This document shows, piece by piece, positions 58,774 through 64,000 of a DNA stretch of 64,000 nucleotides. Numbering within the stretch: position 1 is the stretch's first letter; the number at the start of each line of letters is the position of its first letter. The stretch lies in contig JACQXY010000008.1 in NCBI GenBank assembly GCA_016208485.1, positions 568 through 64,567 of the forward strand. The letters run 5' to 3'. A program made the position numbers and the translations under genes. The DNA comes from Acidobacteriota bacterium (lineage in GTDB: Bacteria > Actinomycetota > AC-67). The notes beneath the pieces were generated by a model. The model was not told where the DNA came from. It was given only the letters and a program-made list of their open reading frames with translations, and did not search any database.

Positions 58774-59181
58774 GTGCGGACGTTGGGGGCGGCGGGGCTC
58801 CTGCATCCACATCCGGACGAAGTGGCCGCGGTTCTGTTCGCCGGTCCGAACCGGTTCTTCCTAGCGGCCGACAAGGTGCAGGTGAAATACGAGATGCTTC
58901 GGGCGCACGGCGTCGATGGGGTGAGCGTCACCGAAGCCGCCGAGTTCCACGGCTACTCGCGCGCCGCGTTCTATCTGGTGGCGACATCGTTCGAGGAACG
59001 GGGGATGGCGGGCCTGGTGGACGAGCGGCGGGGGCGTCGAGGGCCGGTGAAGCTCACACCGCAGGTCGTGGCCTTCCTGCGCGGGGCCGAGGTCGCGACA
59101 CCCGAGTTGGTCGCCGAGGTCGAGCGCCGCTTCGGGATGCGTCTGCATCGGCGGACCGTCGAGCGGGCGAGGCGCGTATGA
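58774..59181 (+). CDS. HTH protein of LSR element (orfA)
   Basis: FFLAADKVQVKYEMLRAH..VTEAAEFHGYSRAAFY..GLVDERRGRRGPVKL. Start uncertain. Confidence 0.8.
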   Translation: MRTLGAAGLLHPHPDEVAAVLFAGPNRFFLAADKVQVKYEMLRAHGVDGVSVTEAAEFHGYSRAAFYLVATSFEERGMAGLVDERRGRRGPVKLTPQVVAFLRGAEVATPELVAEVERRFGMRLHRRTVERARRV

Positions 59182-59474
59182 GCCGGTTCTGGCCGGCGCG
59201 GGAGACTCCTCAACTCGACTACGAAGCTCTCCGGGAAGCGGCGATCGCCGGGGTGCCGCTTGCTGGCGAGGCGGCGGCGCGGTTCGAGGCGCGCGGGTTG
59301 GCTGGGCTCGTGTGCGCCAGGCCGGGCGAGTTGATCTTCGAAGCGGTGCTGCTCGGCGCACGCCGCCCCGCGTGGACGCCGTATGTCGATCCGCGCCTGG
59401 ATGCGCTGGCGGCTGGCTACGCGCTGCTGCTCGCCCACCCGGACCGCTCGCATCGCGAGGAGGTTCTCGTATGA
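59178..59474 (+). CDS. small protein of LSR element (orfB)
   Basis: MSRFWPARETPQLDYEALRE... ATGA overlaps with both neighbours. Confidence 0.75.
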   Translation: MSRFWPARETPQLDYEALREAAIAGVPLAGEAAARFEARGLAGLVCARPGELIFEAVLLGARRPAWTPYVDPRLDALAAGYALLLAHPDRSHREEVLV

Positions 59475-61666
59475 GAGTGGCGCTCTACGCGCGGGTCTCG
59501 ACCGAAGCGCAGGAGGCACGCGGCACGATAGGCTCGCAACTCGAGGTGCTGCGGACGCGGGTGCGGGCCGAAGGAGACGAGCTGGTGGCCGAGTTCATCG
59601 ACGATGGATACTCGGGAGCACGGCTTGACCGTCCCGGTCTTGACGCGCTGCGGGACGCGGCCGAGGCGCGCCTGATCGATGGGGTCTGGTGCCTCTCACC
59701 CGACCGGCTCGCGCGCGTCTACGCCTATCAGGTCATCGTATGCGACGAGCTGGCGCGACACGGGGTCGCGGTGCTGTTCTCCGACGCACCCCCAATCGGA
59801 GATGATCCGCAAGCGCGGCTGCTCACGCAGGTGCAGGGCGTCATCGCTGAATATGAGCGGGCGAAGATGGCCGAACGCTACCGGCGGGGCAAGCTTTGGC
59901 GGTCCAAAGAGGGTGAGGTCATCTCCTGGAAGGCACCATACGGGTATCGGCGCGTCTTGCGATCGGCCGGCAAACCGGCGCACCTTGACGTCTACGAACC
60001 CGAGGCCGTGGTCGTGCGGGAGATCTTCTCCGACTACGTCACCGGCGGTCATTCGATCCGTGAGATCACGCGACGGCTCAACGCTCGCGAGGTTCCCTCG
60101 CCGACCGGCAACCCGGTGTGGGGCACCTCAACCGTCTCACGGCTGCTGCGCAACGACGCCTACGTCGGATGCGTCTACTACAACCGCACCCAGGTCGCTT
60201 CGCCAACGAGGCCGGCAAAGCATCCGACCACACCACGTCCTCGGTCTCGCGAGGAGTGGATCGCCATCCCCGTGCCGCCCATCGTCGCCAGTGAGGTGTT
60301 CGAGGCGGCGGCTGGCGTGAGCCGTGACAACTCGAAGTGGAGTCCTCGCAATGCTGAGCCGGGCGTCTGGCTGCTCCGCGGGCTCGTCCGCTGCGGTGCG
60401 TGCGGCGTCGGGGTGAACTGCCACAGGATGCGAGGCCGAAACGGTACCACCCACCGCTACTACTACTGCCGCAACCACGATCCACTCCGCGCCGGAGGCG
60501 AGGACCGGCGCTGCCCCGAACGCAACGTTCGCGCCGACGCGCTTGACGCATTCGTCTTCGATCAGGTCCGTGAGGCGCTGCTCCGCCCCGAGACGCTCAT
60601 CGCCGGCGAAGCCGCGATCGGCGCACGTGCGCCTGCCACTGACGACGAGCTCTTGGCCACGCAACTGGAGCGTCTGGACCGCAAGCGCGACGCCACCGAA
60701 GCCGAGCGGCGTCGCCTCACCGACCTCTACCAGTCCGGCCTGGTCGAACTCAGCGAGATCAAACGCCGCGTCCACGAGATCGACGCGCGACGCCGTCAAC
60801 TCGACCAACAGCGATCCGCGCTGGCCGAACGGCACCGGGCCCTCGCACAGCACAACCGGCTGCGCCGACGCGTCGGCGAGTTCGCAACCCGCATTGCCCG
60901 CACCATCGACCGGCTCGATTTCGACGAGCGTCAACAACTCCTTCGACTCCTCGTCGAAGAAGTGCGCGTCGCCGGACATCGGGTTGAGATTCGGCTCCGC
61001 ATCCCCTTCGACGATCCGGAGAATGAACCGCCAACTCCCGATCATTCCCGCCGGCGGCAAGGACCGCGGAAGCCTTCGGACGGAGCGTCAAGGGAAGACC
61101 GTTTGCGTTCCTTCGGTGACCATCTACGGTGCGGGGTGGAACGCGCTGTACATCAAGGTTGGGTGAGCTTGACGCAGGAGGAGAGCCTGGCGGGCCGGGG
61201 GGGATCCAGGAGGATCCCCCCCGGCCCTGGCTCTCCTCCTGCTCCTTGCCGCGGCGCCGCTTCCGGCCCGAAGCGAGGGCCGCCCCGACTGCGAGAGCCC
61301 GAAGACCTGCCCCGTCTACCATCTCTATCAGCCGCCCATCCGCTGGCGCGCCGCGTCGGACGGAGTCGTGCGCATTCCCTACGACATCTTCCCTGTTCAG
61401 CCCAGGATGCCGGAGGATCGCGCGATCGCTGCCATCCGGGCGGCCGTGGCGACTTGGGAGGCCTACAACCCGAAGTTGCGCTTCGTCTATCTTGGGGTGC
61501 GGTCGACGCCCCCGTGGTCCGGCGACGGTCGGAACTCAATCGGTTTCGCGGATCCCATCATGACGGGCCTCCTACTGCCGACGTCGGTGGCCGGGCGCGC
61601 CGGGTGGTGGGTGCAGGAGGAGCCGTACATCAGTTGTCATGGGCGGCTGCGCACCCGGACGAATGA
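59471..61666 (+). CDS. large serine recombinase (reads through the right junction into host DNA)
   Basis: YARVSTEAQ catalytic Ser, DDGYSGARLDRPGL, PDRLAR, APYGY, Zn ribbon CGAC..YYYC, coiled coil. Recognisable homology ends at ..DRLRSFG (about 61117). Confidence 0.92.
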   Translation: MRVALYARVSTEAQEARGTIGSQLEVLRTRVRAEGDELVAEFIDDGYSGARLDRPGLDALRDAAEARLIDGVWCLSPDRLARVYAYQVIVCDELARHGVAVLFSDAPPIGDDPQARLLTQVQGVIAEYERAKMAERYRRGKLWRSKEGEVISWKAPYGYRRVLRSAGKPAHLDVYEPEAVVVREIFSDYVTGGHSIREITRRLNAREVPSPTGNPVWGTSTVSRLLRNDAYVGCVYYNRTQVASPTRPAKHPTTPRPRSREEWIAIPVPPIVASEVFEAAAGVSRDNSKWSPRNAEPGVWLLRGLVRCGACGVGVNCHRMRGRNGTTHRYYYCRNHDPLRAGGEDRRCPERNVRADALDAFVFDQVREALLRPETLIAGEAAIGARAPATDDELLATQLERLDRKRDATEAERRRLTDLYQSGLVELSEIKRRVHEIDARRRQLDQQRSALAERHRALAQHNRLRRRVGEFATRIARTIDRLDFDERQQLLRLLVEEVRVAGHRVEIRLRIPFDDPENEPPTPDHSRRRQGPRKPSDGASREDRLRSFGDHLRCGVERAVHQGWVSLTQEESLAGRGGSRRIPPGPGSPPAPCRGAASGPKRGPPRLREPEDLPRLPSLSAAHPLARRVGRSRAHSLRHLPCSAQDAGGSRDRCHPGGRGDLGGLQPEVALRLSWGAVDAPVVRRRSELNRFRGSHHDGPPTADVGGRARRVVGAGGAVHQLSWAAAHPDE
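61117..61166 (+). pseudogene. 3' part of the interrupted secreted protein
   Basis: (V)TIYGAGWNALYIKVG-stop, in frame with 58041-58467 after element removal (477 nt total). Confidence 0.65.
61163..61633 (+). pseudogene. 5' part of matrixin-like (M10) metalloprotease; frameshift at C7 tract and IS110 insertion
   Basis: Signal-like PALALLLLLAAAPLPARS, then IRW..IPYDI..AIRAAVATWE..LRFVYLG..DGRNSIGF. The start codon is one base out of frame. Confidence 0.7.
61192..61227. repeat. perfect 16-bp hairpin with G7/C7 tracts
   Basis: GGGCCGGGGGGGATCC-AGGA-GGATCCCCCCCGGCCC. Confidence 0.85.
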
Positions 61667-61704
61667 AAATGTGACCGCGGCCGGCTCGTGATCCATACTC
61701 TGCT

Positions 61705-61848
61705 CGTGTCGCCTTGACGACGCCGGTGTTTCCTTGGTGCCGGAAAGACCGAGCATCAGTTTGGCGCGGGAGCCTCGGGGCACCCACTACTGTTGCCGTG
61801 AGCACGGGACTCAGAGTCCTTCACGCAGAGGCTCCTCTTGGCGACACG
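61705..61848 (+). ncRNA. putative IS110 bridge RNA
   Basis: GTGACC-17nt-CATACT promoter (61671-61699). Closing stem CGTGTCGCC/GGCGACACG. Two stem-loops whose internal loops match the target (GTTTCCT, GCATCAG) and donor (ACTACT, GACTCAG) junction sequences. Confidence 0.7.
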
Positions 61849-61883
61849 CGCTGTCGGGTGTCGAGGGAGAGGAGGGGGTGTTC

Positions 61884-63128
61884 ATGCGGCGGCTCATCGA
61901 GCGCGTCTGCGGTCTGGACGTCCACAAGGACTCGGTCACCGCGTGCGTGCGGGTTCCGGGCCCGGGCGGGGAATCGCTGCAGGAGATCCGCACGTTCCAG
62001 GCGACCACCAGAGGCCTGCTTGCCTTGCGGGACTGGCTTGCCGCCCACAAGGTGACGCACGTGGCGATGGAGTCCACGGGGGTGTATTGGAAGAGGCCGT
62101 TCTTCTTGCTGGAGGACGAGTTCACCTGCTGGCTCATCAACGCCCAGCACATCAAGCGGGTCCCCGGCCGCAAGACCGATGTGGCCGATGCCGAGTGGAT
62201 CTGCGACCTCGCCCAGCACGGGCTCGTGCGCCCGAGCTTCGTTCCGCCGCGCGAGATCCGCGACCTGCGCGACCTCACCCGCTACCGCAAGGCCCTGGTG
62301 CAGGAGCGCACCCGGGAGGTGCAGCGCCTGGAGAAGGTTCTCCAGGACGCCGGCATCAAGCTCTCCTCGGTCGCCTCCAAGGTGCTCGGGGTCTCCGGGC
62401 GGGCGATGATCGAGGCGCTGTGTCGGGGTGGCACCGACCCTGAGGCGCTCGCCGAGCTCGCCAAGGGCAGGCTGCGGGCGAAGCTCCCCGCGCTCTGCGA
62501 GGCGCTCGAAGGATCGTTCCGGGCTCATCACGCGCTCATGGCCTCGCGCATCCTCGCCCACATCGACTACCTGGAGGAGAGCATCGAGGACATCTCCGGC
62601 GAGATCGAGCGGGCGATGGACCCTTTCGCTCGCCAGATTGAGCTGCTGGACTCGATCCCGGGCGTGGGCCGCAAAGCCGCCCAGATCATCCTCGCTGAGA
62701 TCGGCGTCGACATGAGCGGCGTCTTCCCCTCCGCCGGCCACCTCGCCTCCTGGGCGGGGATGTGCCCGGGCAACGACGAGTCGGGCGGCAAGCGCCGCTC
62801 GGGTCGCTCCCGCAAAGGCGACCGGCACCTGCGCGACATCCTCACCCAGGTCGCCTGGGCCGCCGTCCGCACCGAGGACAGCTACTACCGGGCCCAGTAC
62901 AACCGTCTCGCGCGCCATCTGGGCAAGAAGAAGGCGATCAAGGCCGTCGGCCACTCGATCCTCGTCGCGATCTATCACATCCTCTCCGAAGGCGTGCCCC
63001 ACCAGGATCTCGGCGCCGACTACTTCACCCGGCGCGACAACCCCGCCGCGCACACTCGACGCCTCGTCCGCCAACTCGAGGGCTTGGGTCACAAGGTCAC
63101 CCTCGAACCCCTCGCCGAGTCCGCCTGA
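61884..63128 (+). CDS. IS110 DEDD recombinase/transposase
   Basis: GLDVHK, AMESTG, RKTDVADA, SIPGVG, CPGNDESGGK catalytic Ser. GAGGAGG RBS. Confidence 0.95.
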   Translation: MRRLIERVCGLDVHKDSVTACVRVPGPGGESLQEIRTFQATTRGLLALRDWLAAHKVTHVAMESTGVYWKRPFFLLEDEFTCWLINAQHIKRVPGRKTDVADAEWICDLAQHGLVRPSFVPPREIRDLRDLTRYRKALVQERTREVQRLEKVLQDAGIKLSSVASKVLGVSGRAMIEALCRGGTDPEALAELAKGRLRAKLPALCEALEGSFRAHHALMASRILAHIDYLEESIEDISGEIERAMDPFARQIELLDSIPGVGRKAAQIILAEIGVDMSGVFPSAGHLASWAGMCPGNDESGGKRRSGRSRKGDRHLRDILTQVAWAAVRTEDSYYRAQYNRLARHLGKKKAIKAVGHSILVAIYHILSEGVPHQDLGADYFTRRDNPAAHTRRLVRQLEGLGHKVTLEPLAESA

Positions 63129-63180
63129 CCGCATCCCGACCCGACCTGGGAGGTGATGTCACCGACTATTTTCGACTCAG

Positions 63181-63634
63181 GGAGTCCGACATCTGGCTGA
63201 ACATATCTACGAACTGGACGTGGGACCCCTGCCCGCCGCGCGACGGCACCTGCGCGGACGTGCCCCAGGAACCCTTCGGGAGTCTCGGTGTGGGAGCCAT
63301 TCTCCACGCCTGGGCCACCCCCGTCGCCCAAATGGATCTTCAGGGGGTGACCGCTCATGAACTGGGGCACATGCTCGGGCTCGACCACACGAACGAGGCG
63401 CCATATTGCGTGCTCACCATGTGGGGTGGACCCACGGAGAACGATTCCCAGCGGCAGTGTCTGTCAGGTGGTTTCCGACACCAGTCTTCCCTCGCCCTCG
63501 GAGACGTCCTCGGCGCGCGCGCTCTCTACCCTTGGCGGTGCCCGACGCTTGCGAAGGGAACCGCCCGACTGCGCTCGAGCTACTTGCCGGCCTGGCGCCG
63601 AGTCTGCCCGACGATCCAGATCTTCGCGCCCTGA
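63181..63634 (+). pseudogene. 3' part of matrixin-like metalloprotease
   Basis: ESDIWLN..DLQGVTAHELGHMLGLDH (HExxHxxGxxH), Met-turn LTMW, LALGDVLGARALYP. Confidence 0.82.
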
Positions 63635-63702
63635 CGGGACCGCCCTCCCCTCGGCGCGCGGTAGCGGCGCGCGGCCCTCCCGCAGGTCCCGCGCTGTCGC
63701 GA

Positions 63703-64000
63703 TCAGTCGAGCGCGAGCGCCGCGCGAAGTCCCTCGTCGACGCGCGCCATCGTCCCCGCCGAGAGGCATCCCGCCGGCGCGCCGAGGCGGTCCTTCGGCA
63801 CGAGCAGGATGTCGTCGCACAACGCCGAGCCGGCAAGCGGCTCGCCGGCGAGGAACGGCACGATGCTCGGGATCTCCGGCTTTGGGGCTGTGGTGATGCG
63901 AATTGTGAGGACCGACGGGAGCGCGCGGTTGCGGATGTTGTTGGAGACGACGAGCAGGGGTTTTCGCCCGGCGCACGGGATCTCGACCCACCAGACCTGA
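63703..64000 (-). CDS. MazF/PemK-family toxin (5' end outside window)
   Basis: Not in the ORF track. QVWWVEIPCAGRKPLLVVSNNIRNRALPSVLTIRITT...ALCDDILLVPKDRL..CLSAGTMARVDEGLRAALALD-stop. Confidence 0.85.
   Translation of the reverse strand, partial: QVWWVEIPCAGRKPLLVVSNNIRNRALPSVLTIRITTAPKPEIPSIVPFLAGEPLAGSALCDDILLVPKDRLGAPAGCLSAGTMARVDEGLRAALALD

Larger units (their letters stand above)
58468..61116 (+). mobile_element. 2649-bp large serine recombinase element (HTH + small ORF + LSR)
   Basis: CGG core at 58465-58467 and 61114-61116. 10-bp inverted repeats GGAACGCAAA (58470-58479) / TTTGCGTTCC (61102-61111). Removal restores the host ORF in frame. Confidence 0.8.
61634..63180 (+). mobile_element. 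IS110-family element (1547 bp)
   Basis: TCAG at both junctions (61630-61633, 63177-63180), no terminal IRs. Removal restores PYI-R-ESDIWLN in the protease. Confidence 0.9.

Noticed and set aside
58668-61118. Alternative LSR element boundaries at a CGGTG duplication (58668-58672 / 61114-61118), which would fuse LSR to orfA in the circle
   Set aside because: No convincing flanking inverted repeat and no sensible host ORF restored. The 58465 junction gives 10-bp IRs and an in-frame repair.

Overview
Very GC-rich actinobacterial (Actinomycetota-like) chromosome segment spanning the replication origin. Left (1-9.5 kb, minus strand): a translationally coupled acyl-CoA catabolic operon with 2 acyl-CoA dehydrogenases, an Ltp3/Ltp4-like thiolase-fold pair, an unusual DUF35-GNAT-DUF35 fusion, 3 enoyl-CoA hydratases, a BKACE enzyme and an amidohydrolase. 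Centre: tRNA-Ile, DUF3566, a solitary archease, gyrA-gyrB-dciA-recF-dnaN-oriC-dnaA, then rpmH-rnpA-yidD-yidC-jag-rsmG-parA-parB. After that comes the conserved actinobacterial GNAT/cwlM/trxA/trxB/sigM/pseudokinase/murJ/NUDIX/CCA block, interrupted by accessory genes: at least 6 toxin-antitoxin modules, Fic, a GYF_2-subtilase, a CocE/NonD hydrolase, femX-alr, pilT, a HAD pseudogene and an IS remnant. Right end: a two-gene secreted-protein/metalloprotease locus hit by two mobile elements whose junctions can be reconstructed by eye. One is a 2.65 kb three-gene large-serine-recombinase element whose attachment site lies inside its own recombinase ORF. The other is a 1.55 kb IS110 whose left non-coding end contains a readable bridge-RNA-like structure with target and donor guide segments. 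All calls come from manual reading and motif recognition; no searches were run.
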